Below, piece after piece: positions 40,520 through 49,442 of a stretch of 64,000 bases of DNA. Positions within the stretch are counted from its first letter, which is position 1, and each line of letters begins with the position of its first letter. The translations under genes and the position numbers were made by a program. The notes beneath the pieces are model-generated. The model was not told where the DNA came from and searched no databases. It worked only from the letters and a program-made list of their open reading frames with translations. The DNA is from an uncultured Alphaproteobacteria bacterium (lineage in GTDB: Bacteria > Pseudomonadota > Alphaproteobacteria > Sphingomonadales > Sphingomonadaceae). Location: assembly GCA_963775115.1 (NCBI GenBank), contig CAVZHP010000005.1, positions 127,817 through 191,816 on the forward strand, in the 5' to 3' direction.

Positions 40520-41797
40520 TTACAGGCGGAAGGAAACGCCGGCGCTGAAGACCCAGGGATCGAGCTTGACCTTAGCTTCGACCGGAGCGCCACCGAAGGT
40601 GCCGCGGGTAGCGGGGCGCAGGAAGGCTTTCTTGACGTCGAAGAACAGCCCCCAGTTCTTGCCAACCATGACATCCGTTCCGGCTTCGAAGGCCAGTGCC
40701 AGGTCATTACTGACGCGCAAATTCTGGAACGCGCCATCCTTGGTGCTGAACACGATCATGTAGCTGGCGCCTGCGCCCACATAGGGACGAAAGCGGCCGG
40801 AAACCTTGGGATGATACTGTAGCGTGAACGCGGTCGGACCATAGCGGACGTCGCCCAGCTTCGGCAGCGCGCCAATGCTGCCGGCACCATAGACGCCGAT
40901 CTTGGGCGGCAAGCCGACGGTCGCGTTGACGGCAATGGTTTCTGTCAGGAAATAGCCGACCTGGAGAGTCGGGGTATGGTGCTCGAAGGTTGAAATGCCT
41001 TCGCCGGTCAGCGGCGCGCCTCCGACGACCATTTGCGCTTCGTCGCGCAGACGCAGGCTCGCCATGCCGAGCTTGACCGACCAGCGCTTGGTCGAATCGA
41101 GCTCGACGGATTCCGCTTCGTCGCTATCCTTGCCGAAATGCGCGGTCAGGCCCAGCTGAACAGTCAGCGGGTCGAGCACGGCGCGCGCGCGGACGTCGGC
41201 GAAACTGGTATAGGTGGCGTCGAGCGGAAGCTTGCCAGAAGCGCCGGTGTGATACCAAGCCTTGCGCACATCGGCGAAGATGCCCCAGCGCTTGTTGACC
41301 TTGTAATCGACGCCGGCGTGAACGTAGGGGCCATGCGCATTGGGGATGTTGAGCCCCACTGCGAGGCCATCGCGCTCCTGCGTCGTCAGCTGCAACTGGA
41401 TGCCACCGCCGACATAGGGCGAAAACTTGCCCTTGACCGGGTGAAAGCTGGCGCCAAGCGAGGCGAGCACGAATTCGTCGTCGCCAAGATTGGGCGTACC
41501 GGCCAACGATCCAGCGGGAATGTTGTTGGTTGTCGCCGGCGTAGAGAGCGATCCCTCGATGGCGAATTTATCGACCAGGTAATGACCCACCGTCACGACC
41601 TGGTGATAGGTCTCGCGGGTCTTGTAGGCAGCGGCAGGATCCTGAACGCTGTTGACGAACACTTCGCCCTTGTCGACCAGCTTGGTCCGGGCGGCAGCGA
41701 GGCGCACGAACGTGTCGCCTGCCTCTTGGGCTATGGCCGGGGTGCAAATCGAGGCACCAAGGCAAACGGCCAGAGCGTACAAGATGGTCTTCTGCAT
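40520..41797 (-). CDS. Tandem two-domain OmpW/AlkL-family outer-membrane protein
   Basis: Signal peptide; two OmpW units (KFSPYVGGG...WGIFADVRK...LDPLTVQLG and RFRPYVGAG...WGLFFDVKK...LDPWVFSAGVSFRL). Confidence 0.85.
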   Translation of the reverse strand: MQKTILYALAVCLGASICTPAIAQEAGDTFVRLAAARTKLVDKGEVFVNSVQDPAAAYKTRETYHQVVTVGHYLVDKFAIEGSLSTPATTNNIPAGSLAGTPNLGDDEFVLASLGASFHPVKGKFSPYVGGGIQLQLTTQERDGLAVGLNIPNAHGPYVHAGVDYKVNKRWGIFADVRKAWYHTGASGKLPLDATYTSFADVRARAVLDPLTVQLGLTAHFGKDSDEAESVELDSTKRWSVKLGMASLRLRDEAQMVVGGAPLTGEGISTFEHHTPTLQVGYFLTETIAVNATVGLPPKIGVYGAGSIGALPKLGDVRYGPTAFTLQYHPKVSGRFRPYVGAGASYMIVFSTKDGAFQNLRVSNDLALAFEAGTDVMVGKNWGLFFDVKKAFLRPATRGTFGGAPVEAKVKLDPWVFSAGVSFRL

Positions 41798-41847
41798 GGA
41801 TGCGTCCTTTCGACCCGTAGCTTAACCGGGAATGGTAAAGTTTGGGT

Positions 41848-43302
41848 TTACCCTACCCGGCTAGCCCGGCCGCTGGGCCAGTAGGCTTGTTTGGTTGCCG
41901 GTGCTGGCAGCACATCGGCCGGAGCGATTTCAGCGACATCCTCGATAGTTACCGGATAATCGCGGTTGAGTGTTTCCAGTGTCGTCGTGCCGTCGAGCAG
42001 TGCCTGCTCCTCGATGCGCGCGGCATCGACCGAAGCCTGCAGGCGGCGGACGGCGTCGAACACATCGTGGGGGCTGTGCTTGGCCATGACCTGCAGACGG
42101 AAGCGCGCCTGGCCTTTGGGAACGGCTGGAAACTCGACGAGATTGGCGAGCAGGCCCATCGACGGAAGCCGGCGGCTGGCGAGGCGGGCGAGCGCCTCGG
42201 TGCCCATCTTGACGCAGACAATCGCGGAAGGATCGCCATATGTCTCAAGACCGCATTCGGTGAGCAGCGTACGCAGCATGTTGATGTTGGTCATCAGCTT
42301 CTTGCGCAGACCGGCACCTTCATCGCTCTCGACAATTTCAAATGCTTTGCAGACGATTGCAGCATTAACCGGAGACATGGCATTGGAAAACGTGTTCGGT
42401 GAGCTGTAATAGCGCAGATATTCCTTGATCGAGCGTCTGTTGCTGGCAACGAAGCCGCCGTTCGAGGCGAAGGTCTTGGAAAAGCTGCCCATCACCAGGT
42501 CAACCTTGCCGAGCATGCCCTGGGCCTCGATGAAGCCGCGGCCGGTGGGGCCAAGGTTGCCGAGATCGTGCGCGACATCGACAACCAGCGTGGCGTCGTA
42601 TTCATGGCACAGCGCCTGCAGTGCGGCGATGTCCGGCGTGTCCGAATCCATCGAGAACAGGCTCTCGGTGACGACGAGGATGCCGTTCTCGCGGTCGGTT
42701 TCGCGGATCTTCGCCAGCTTGGCGCGCGCGCCTTCGATCTGGTTGTGGCGGAACAGGTGGATGTTGCGGGTCGCAGCCTGCGCGCCTTCCTGCAGGCAGG
42801 CGTGGCTCAGCGCGTCCATGACGATATGGTCATTGGGGCGGACCAGCCCCTTGATCACGCCGAAGCCGGCCGCCCAGCCGGTCGGAAACAGGGCGACGTG
42901 CGTGGCCCCGAGGAAATTGGCGATCTTTTCCTCGAGCGCGATCGACATCGAGGTGTTGCCGACGAGCGCCGGAGAGCCAGCGCTGTGCACGCCGAAGTGA
43001 CGCATTACCTGCATGGCGGTATCGACGACGTCGGGATGCGAGGAAAGGCTCAGGTAATCCTGGCTGGCGAAATTGACGCCCTCGAACATGGCGCCTTCAT
43101 CGGTGCGGGCATTGCAGCGGGTGTGCGCACCAGTTTCGGTCGAGCGGCCCAGCGGCCAGGCACCAATCGCACGGCGGCGCTCCTGCCAGTCGAAGAAGCT
43201 TTCGACCCGATCGAGGATGTTCGAGCCCGGAATATACCGGAAATCGCGCATGCTGCCTTCGAGGGCATTGGCTGTTTCCGACTGAAATTGTGTGTTATTC
43301 AC
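41848..43302 (-). CDS. PLP-dependent alpha-oxoamine synthase family enzyme (BioF/Kbl/SPT/CqsA superfamily), substrate unknown
   Basis: NFASQDYLSL, D.LSHACL, ESLFSMDSD, DVAHDLG, GSFSKT (PLP lysine). Confidence 0.85.
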   Translation of the reverse strand: MNNTQFQSETANALEGSMRDFRYIPGSNILDRVESFFDWQERRRAIGAWPLGRSTETGAHTRCNARTDEGAMFEGVNFASQDYLSLSSHPDVVDTAMQVMRHFGVHSAGSPALVGNTSMSIALEEKIANFLGATHVALFPTGWAAGFGVIKGLVRPNDHIVMDALSHACLQEGAQAATRNIHLFRHNQIEGARAKLAKIRETDRENGILVVTESLFSMDSDTPDIAALQALCHEYDATLVVDVAHDLGNLGPTGRGFIEAQGMLGKVDLVMGSFSKTFASNGGFVASNRRSIKEYLRYYSSPNTFSNAMSPVNAAIVCKAFEIVESDEGAGLRKKLMTNINMLRTLLTECGLETYGDPSAIVCVKMGTEALARLASRRLPSMGLLANLVEFPAVPKGQARFRLQVMAKHSPHDVFDAVRRLQASVDAARIEEQALLDGTTTLETLNRDYPVTIEDVAEIAPADVLPAPATKQAYWPSGRASRVG

Positions 43303-43400
43303 CGCAGACCCAATCTCGACTGTATGTGGTTGTCAGCATCATAAGGCCACGGTATTTGCCTCATGCCTTACGTTCGTGCTTAATTTTCGACTAATTTCAG

Positions 43401-43769
43401 TTAACTATTGGCCGTGTGCTTCTCGATTTTCTCGATAAGATCGGGAAGCGAAACCGGCTTGGTTTCAAAGTCGACGCAGCCGACTTCGATGCTCCTCTGG
43501 CGGTCGCTTTCCAGAGCGTGCGCAGTCAGGGCAATCACAGGCAGATGAGCGGTCGCGGGATTGGCATGGATCAGCTTGGTTGCTTCCCAGCCGTCCATCG
43601 CACCGAGCGCCACGTCCATCAGCACGATCGCCGGCATCTCGCTCGCCGCCATGGCGACGCCTTCGGGTCCATCGACTGCGCAGACAACCGCGTAGTTGTT
43701 GCGCTCCAGCCGACGCTTCAGCATGTCGCGGTTCATTTCGTTGTCTTCGACGATCAGTATCTTTTTCAT
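43401..43769 (-). CDS. Single-domain response regulator
   Basis: ILIVEDN, LMD, ALTA, KP. Confidence 0.9.
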   Translation of the reverse strand: MKKILIVEDNEMNRDMLKRRLERNNYAVVCAVDGPEGVAMAASEMPAIVLMDVALGAMDGWEATKLIHANPATAHLPVIALTAHALESDRQRSIEVGCVDFETKPVSLPDLIEKIEKHTANS

Positions 43770-43793
43770 GGTTCTCTCTGCGACTAAAAGCGT

Positions 43794-45200
43794 TCAGGCG
43801 GCTTCGGCGAGCTTGACGTCGTCGCTGCAAATGGCCGGGATGATCAGCAGGTTGGCCGGACGCGCGCCTGACGGCGACGTCTCGATCCGGCCGCCGAGCA
43901 GCTGTACGAATTTCTGGGCCAGCACCATCTCGATACCAGTGCCGCCATATTTGGACGCAGAGTCGTCGTCTTCGTGCTCGAAACTGTCGAGTATGGCCTG
44001 CGGCTCGCGGATGCCACCGTCCTCGTCGAAGTCCACAACGGCAAATGCGAATTCGCGGGAGGCATGCTTGCTGATCTCCAGCTCGATGCGCCCGCCCGAT
44101 CGGCGGCCTGCGGTAGCAGCGCATATGTGCTGCAGCGCCTGGCCCATGATCTTCCAGTCGGTCTTGCCGGCGAGCTCTCCGGTCGCGGGAAGCTTGAAGT
44201 CCACCGCACATTGCGATGCAGCCAGCGCCTTTTCGATCGGCGTGCGCCATTCCCCTACATGGGTCGCGATCGACCCATAGGTCGGGTTGAGCGGCATCTT
44301 GCCTGCTTCGATCCGCGAATAGTCGAGAATGTCGTCGATCAGGCGGAGCAGGTTGGAGCCGGATTCATGCACATTGCGCAGGTCCTGCAGCAATTCGTCG
44401 TCCTGCTCGTCGGCGGCTTCCTCCATCAACAGATGGCTGTAGCCGATAATCGCATTAAGCGGCGTGCGCAGCTCGTGGCTCATGCTGGCGACAAAGTTGG
44501 CTTTCGCGGCGCTGGCCTGCTGCGCCGACAGAGTCAGGTTCTGAACGTTGTCGGAAATCGAATCCAGACTGCGAAGTTCTTTGGTGAATGCCCTCTGTTC
44601 ATTGAACATTCTAGCAAAATACAGCGCCATCATGGCGAAGTAGACGGCGACGCTGCCCATCGAGATCATGCCAATGGTCTGCATCGTCTTGAGATCGATG
44701 TAGGGCGTCTGATGGCCCGATAGCATCAGCGCAATGAACCCGCCGGCGCTGCCGAATATCTGCAACAGCAGGACGTTTCGCAGCCAGCCATCCTGCGGCA
44801 GGTAGAGGAAGGCCAGCAGCGGAAAGATCAGGATCCACGGCAGGAACGGTGAGCTCAGGCCGCCGAAGGCATAGCACGCCCACAGACCGCAGAAGATCAG
44901 GTTCTGAACCGAAATGACCGCCAGCGTGCTGTACAGCTTGGTCCACCGCAGCGCGAAGGGATAGGCCCAGAAGGCCAGAATCGAGAAGAAGAACACGAAC
45001 ACGCGGTAGTCGCGGCAGATGTCCATGATATAGAGGTAGGCGGGCAGCGAATTGCCGAGAAACGGCCCGAACACGTGGCTGATCATGAACATTCGCGCAC
45101 GCCGGTGCGAGGCCGGATCGGCAAGCAGTTCGGCCGGGATGAAATGATCGAGGAAACCGCTCAGGGTCCATCGTTTCGATTTTTCGGCCCATGATTGCAT
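43794..45200 (-). CDS. Membrane sensor histidine kinase with a degenerate ATPase domain
   Basis: About 6 TM segments; SHELRTPLNA H-box intact; N-box and G1 box altered. Confidence 0.85.
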   Translation of the reverse strand: MQSWAEKSKRWTLSGFLDHFIPAELLADPASHRRARMFMISHVFGPFLGNSLPAYLYIMDICRDYRVFVFFFSILAFWAYPFALRWTKLYSTLAVISVQNLIFCGLWACYAFGGLSSPFLPWILIFPLLAFLYLPQDGWLRNVLLLQIFGSAGGFIALMLSGHQTPYIDLKTMQTIGMISMGSVAVYFAMMALYFARMFNEQRAFTKELRSLDSISDNVQNLTLSAQQASAAKANFVASMSHELRTPLNAIIGYSHLLMEEAADEQDDELLQDLRNVHESGSNLLRLIDDILDYSRIEAGKMPLNPTYGSIATHVGEWRTPIEKALAASQCAVDFKLPATGELAGKTDWKIMGQALQHICAATAGRRSGGRIELEISKHASREFAFAVVDFDEDGGIREPQAILDSFEHEDDDSASKYGGTGIEMVLAQKFVQLLGGRIETSPSGARPANLLIIPAICSDDVKLAEAA

Positions 45201-45343
45201 CGAACATTCCTCCACGCGTCACGCCGGACCGACTTCATGTCGCAGCACGATACGATGACTGGTGGTTTACAGGATCAGGCGTTAAGTCCGCGTAAATCGC
45301 GACCCAGGTTAATTGTAATCGTTCAGTTCTACGGGCTTTGACG

Positions 45344-46942
45344 TCACTGGCCCGCCGACATCCGGCCAGGCAGGATTTCACTGTCCGGAAGCTGTATTCC
45401 GAGCTGCTTGAGCTGCAACAGTTCCGAACTGGCCTTAGCATCGGGCGCCAGCGGCTCGATTTGCTGTTTACCGCGATACTTTATCAAATCCTCGATCGGC
45501 ATCGGCGCGCCAATCTCGTAACCTTGGAGCAAATCGCAGCCGAGCAATTGCAGCAGGCGGACATGGTATTCATTTTCAACACCTTCGACCACAACCTTCA
45601 TGTCAAGGCTGTGACCGAAATTGATCATCGTGCGAATGATCTGCGTCGCCTGGCGCTTTTCGCCGACATTGCGCAGGAACGGCTTGTCGAGCTTGAGCGC
45701 ATCGAGCGAGAAGTGTTGCAGATAACTCAGCGAAGAATAGCCGGTTCCAAAATCGTCGAGGAACACCTGCACCCCGATGTCGCGCAGCCGGCTTATCGCG
45801 ATATGCGCCCGCTCCAGGTTTGAGATCAGCACGCCTTCGGTGATCTCGAGGATCAGCAGCTCGGGCGCGATCCGCGCGGCGAACAGGCGGTCAAACAGGC
45901 GGTGGACGAATTCGGGATGCTTGAAGTAGACCGGCGAGATGTTCACCGCCACGCCAACGTCGCCGAGCAGCTTGATAGTGTCGAACGCGCAGTCGAGCGT
46001 CCATTCGGTGAGGTCCTCGATGTGCCCGCTTTCTTCGGCAATCGGGATCAGCGTCGACGGCGAAATGTCGCCAAGGTCGGTCGACTTCCAGCGCAGCAGC
46101 AATTCAATGCTTGACATCTTGCCGCTGCGGGCATCGACAAGCGGCTGATAAACCAATGCAAGTTCGCTCTTCAAGGCCGACTGGCCAAGCGCCACGCGGA
46201 TCGAGCTTTCCATTGTCTGCCGGCCATCGAGTTGGTCGTCGAAGATCTGGAAGGCACCGCGCTGCGAGCCCTTGGCGGCATACATGGCGAAGTCCGCGCG
46301 GCGAAGCAGCACGTCCGCGCCGTCGATCCGCGGACTGCCGAGCGCAATGCCTACCGAAGCGCCGACATTGACCAGCTTGTCCTCGATCTGCAGCGGATCG
46401 CTCAACGCCTCAACGATTTCCTGGCCGATCGTCTCCAGCGTGCGCTGCGGATCGATCGGCAGGATCGCGGCAAACTCGTCACCGCCGAGGCGGGCGAAGG
46501 CAATCGCGTCTCCGATCACCGGCGCACATCGGCGTGCGACTTCGATCAGCACCTGGTCCCCGGCACGGTGACCCATGGTGTCGTTGATGTCCTTGAACTT
46601 GTCGAGATCGAAAAACAGCACCGCGATCTGCTCGATATCTTCCTCGACGACCTTGGCGAAGGCATGGTTGAAGGCGATGCGGTTGAGCAGGCCGGTCAGG
46701 GGATCGATATTCGCCTGGCGGTGAAGTTCCTTACGGACGAATTGCAGCTCGACATGCTCGAGCGTCATGCGGCGGTGCTGGTTGACCGCGAAGGACATTG
46801 CCAGCAGGCTGACCAGGCCCGCCGCCGCCGCCGCGCCCGGCGTGAGCGGTAACAGGCCCACACCCGCCGCACCAAGATAGGCCGGAGCGGTTGAGGCAGC
46901 AGCACCCTGAATCCAGGGCGTAAGGCTTGAGCGCAGGGTCAC
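45344..46942 (-). CDS. Membrane-anchored GGDEF-EAL protein
   Basis: RLGGDEF; IELLLRW (EAL variant); DDFGTGYSSL; GTG start overlaps the upstream TGA. Confidence 0.9.
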   Translation of the reverse strand: MTLRSSLTPWIQGAAASTAPAYLGAAGVGLLPLTPGAAAAAGLVSLLAMSFAVNQHRRMTLEHVELQFVRKELHRQANIDPLTGLLNRIAFNHAFAKVVEEDIEQIAVLFFDLDKFKDINDTMGHRAGDQVLIEVARRCAPVIGDAIAFARLGGDEFAAILPIDPQRTLETIGQEIVEALSDPLQIEDKLVNVGASVGIALGSPRIDGADVLLRRADFAMYAAKGSQRGAFQIFDDQLDGRQTMESSIRVALGQSALKSELALVYQPLVDARSGKMSSIELLLRWKSTDLGDISPSTLIPIAEESGHIEDLTEWTLDCAFDTIKLLGDVGVAVNISPVYFKHPEFVHRLFDRLFAARIAPELLILEITEGVLISNLERAHIAISRLRDIGVQVFLDDFGTGYSSLSYLQHFSLDALKLDKPFLRNVGEKRQATQIIRTMINFGHSLDMKVVVEGVENEYHVRLLQLLGCDLLQGYEIGAPMPIEDLIKYRGKQQIEPLAPDAKASSELLQLKQLGIQLPDSEILPGRMSAGQ

Positions 46943-47442
46943 TTGCCTATCCGATCCCTGGCCAGGAGCGCCCGCGCCTGATCGTGGAGCCGCTGCTCGA
47001 CCGTAGCCATCTCGCCGTCGATCGATCCGACGATTGCCTGCTGCTTGAGGTGCAGCGCCATACGCGCCTTGAGGATCGGCAGGTTGATCGGTTTGACGAT
47101 ATAGTCGTTCGCGCCAGCCTGCAGCGCCTGGATGACCGAGCTGTCCTCGCCGAGCGCGGTGCACATGATCACCGGCAGGCGAACGCTGTCATAGATCTCG
47201 CGGATCGCGACCAGGGTTTCGAGCCCGGTCAGTTCGGGCATCATCCAGTCGAGCAGCACCAGATCGGGCTTGCTGACAGAGATGATCGAGAGCGCCTTGC
47301 GGCCACTTTCGGCGACTACGGGTACATAGCCGCCGCTGGTCAGCGCGCGCTGGAGCAGAACGCAGTTGTCCTCGATATCGTCGACGATAAGGATCGTGCG
47401 GCGGCTGTCGGCCGGGCGAAGCGGGAGGATCGGCGCGTTCAT
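46939..47442 (-). CDS. Response regulator (REC plus short helical tail)
   Basis: ILIVDD, LLDWMMP, GANDYIVKP. Confidence 0.9.
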   Translation of the reverse strand: MNAPILPLRPADSRRTILIVDDIEDNCVLLQRALTSGGYVPVVAESGRKALSIISVSKPDLVLLDWMMPELTGLETLVAIREIYDSVRLPVIMCTALGEDSSVIQALQAGANDYIVKPINLPILKARMALHLKQQAIVGSIDGEMATVEQRLHDQARALLARDRIGK

Positions 47443-49418
47443 GCCGCCATCTCCTTCAGATGCGCGGCAATTTCGCGCGGCGACAGCGTCCCCTTGCTGC
47501 AGAACTTGTAGCCGGCATTGATGATCCGCTGGTGATCTTGCATGGTCAGGTCGCGCGCGCTGAGCACGATCGCCGGAACATTAGCCAGATCCTTGTCCGC
47601 AAGCAGTTCTTCCATCAGGCTGAAACCGTCGGAATTTGGCATGGCGAGATCGAGTACCAGCGCGCTCGGCCGCTTTTCGCGGGCCATGCGCAGGCCTTCC
47701 TCGCCGTCCCGCGCCCGGCGACCGGCAAAACCTACCTGGGCGGCGCAGCGCAGGACCAGTTCGGCGGCATCGTCATCGTCCTCGACGACGAGAATGTCAC
47801 CCTTGGCCGGACTTTGATAGACCTCCAGCATCGAGCGCAACTGCTGCTCAGCGATCGGTTTGCGGACATATTCGGTGGCACCCAGATTGAGCCCACGCGC
47901 GCGGTCGTCCTCGACAGTGACGAGGATGATCGGCGTCTCGGCGGTCCTGGGATTGCTGCGAAGTTGCTCGAGGACATCGTAGCCCGAGCGCCCGGGCATC
48001 AGCACGTCGAGCAGGATCAGGTCGAAATTCTGTTCGAAGGCCTTGGCCAGACCCGTATCGCCGTCGATTGCGGTGATCACCGCATAGTTGAGCCTGCCGA
48101 GCCAGCGGCGCATCAGGTCGAGCGAAGCCTCGTTGTCATCGATGACCAGCACCTTGCGTTTCTGCCCGTCCGCAGCCTCGTCCGACGTTCCCGCTTCGGC
48201 AGGTGTTTCGCCCTGATCGGACCGCTGGGCGGCGTAGGCCTTGCCGCGGGCCAATGGATTCACCGGGAGAACGAGCGTGAAAGTCGATCCCTTGCCAGGT
48301 GTGCTTTCCGCGCGAATGTCGCCGCCCATCAGGCGGGCCAGCCGGCGGCTTATCGCGAGACCAAGTCCGGCGCCACCCTTCTTGCGGGTCGAGGACGCAT
48401 CCGCCTGGCTGAAGGTCTCGAACTGTTCTTCGAGCTTGTCCGGCTCAATTCCCATGCCCGAATCGGTGACGGCAAAGGTCACGATTGTCGGAATGCGCCT
48501 TTCGTATTCAACCTGGACATCGAGAACGACGCTGCCGGCTTCGGTGAATTTGAACGCATTGCCGAGCAGATTGTGCAGACATTGACGGATCTTCAACTCA
48601 TCGCCGATCATCACACCGATATCGTCCTGAACGGCGACACCGAAGTTGCAGCCATTGCGCCCTTCCCCCTCGGCGTATTCACCGGCGATCGTAGCGACCA
48701 ACGCCGCGACATCGACGACAGTGCGCTCGACCAGCGCCTTGCCGGTCTCCAGCTTCGACAAGTCGAGCAGGTCGTTGATCAGCGTCAGAAGGTGCCGCCC
48801 GGCAAGCTGGATGCGCTCGAGATCGGCGACGGCGGCTGCATTGCCGGCCGCGGCGGCGTCCTCGTGGAGCAACATGGCGTAGCCCAGCACTGCGTTGAGC
48901 GGGGTGCGAAGTTCATGGCTCATGTTGGCAAGGAATTGCGATTTGGCGACATTCTGCAGATTGGCCTGCTCGCGCGCCTGTTCCAGCTTCACCAGAGCAT
49001 CGCGGCTGCGCGCTTCGGCAAGGCCGTAGCGCTGGCGCAGCAGCTCGATGTCGGCAGCCAGCTGCGAAGCAGAACCCGATTGCGGCCCGGCCAGCTGGAG
49101 CTGCTCGAACACCCTGTCGCCCGAAAGCTCGAGATGCGCGGTGATCATGTCGATCGGCTCGGCCAGCACCGGCGCCAGCCGCGCTGCGAGGCGGCCAGCG
49201 GCGAGCCACACCGCGGCGAGGCCCGCTGCTGCACCCATCGCCAGACCCGCTGCGGGGTGAAGCTGCGGCGCCAGAAACAAGCTGCCACCCGCAACCAGCG
49301 ACGTCACCACCGGCGCCAGCGCTGTCGCGCCGAGCGCCTGACGGCGAACGACATTGGCAACGCCGCCTGCCAGGCTGGCAGGCTTCACATCATCGAGCGG
49401 GAATTGCTCATTTTTCAT
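47439..49418 (-). CDS. Hybrid histidine kinase with two receiver domains
   Basis: SHELRTPLNA, NLLGNAFKFT, DSGMG, GAGLGL; REC LLDVLMP and VLDLAMP. Confidence 0.9.
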   Translation of the reverse strand: MKNEQFPLDDVKPASLAGGVANVVRRQALGATALAPVVTSLVAGGSLFLAPQLHPAAGLAMGAAAGLAAVWLAAGRLAARLAPVLAEPIDMITAHLELSGDRVFEQLQLAGPQSGSASQLAADIELLRQRYGLAEARSRDALVKLEQAREQANLQNVAKSQFLANMSHELRTPLNAVLGYAMLLHEDAAAAGNAAAVADLERIQLAGRHLLTLINDLLDLSKLETGKALVERTVVDVAALVATIAGEYAEGEGRNGCNFGVAVQDDIGVMIGDELKIRQCLHNLLGNAFKFTEAGSVVLDVQVEYERRIPTIVTFAVTDSGMGIEPDKLEEQFETFSQADASSTRKKGGAGLGLAISRRLARLMGGDIRAESTPGKGSTFTLVLPVNPLARGKAYAAQRSDQGETPAEAGTSDEAADGQKRKVLVIDDNEASLDLMRRWLGRLNYAVITAIDGDTGLAKAFEQNFDLILLDVLMPGRSGYDVLEQLRSNPRTAETPIILVTVEDDRARGLNLGATEYVRKPIAEQQLRSMLEVYQSPAKGDILVVEDDDDAAELVLRCAAQVGFAGRRARDGEEGLRMAREKRPSALVLDLAMPNSDGFSLMEELLADKDLANVPAIVLSARDLTMQDHQRIINAGYKFCSKGTLSPREIAAHLKEMAA

Positions 49419-49442
49419 GGATGCGGTTTCCTAAGGACTTAA

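Noticed and set aside
41848-43302. Naming the PLP enzyme bioF, spt or cqsA
   Set aside because: Signature residues (DVAHD) and gene context match none of them cleanly; left as family-level.
45282-45296. CtrA-like TTAA-N7-TAAA site (and other TTAA half-sites at about 6806, 10855, 43380 and 61520)
   Set aside because: None is a full TTAA-N7-TTAA match, and AT-rich promoters generate such hits readily.
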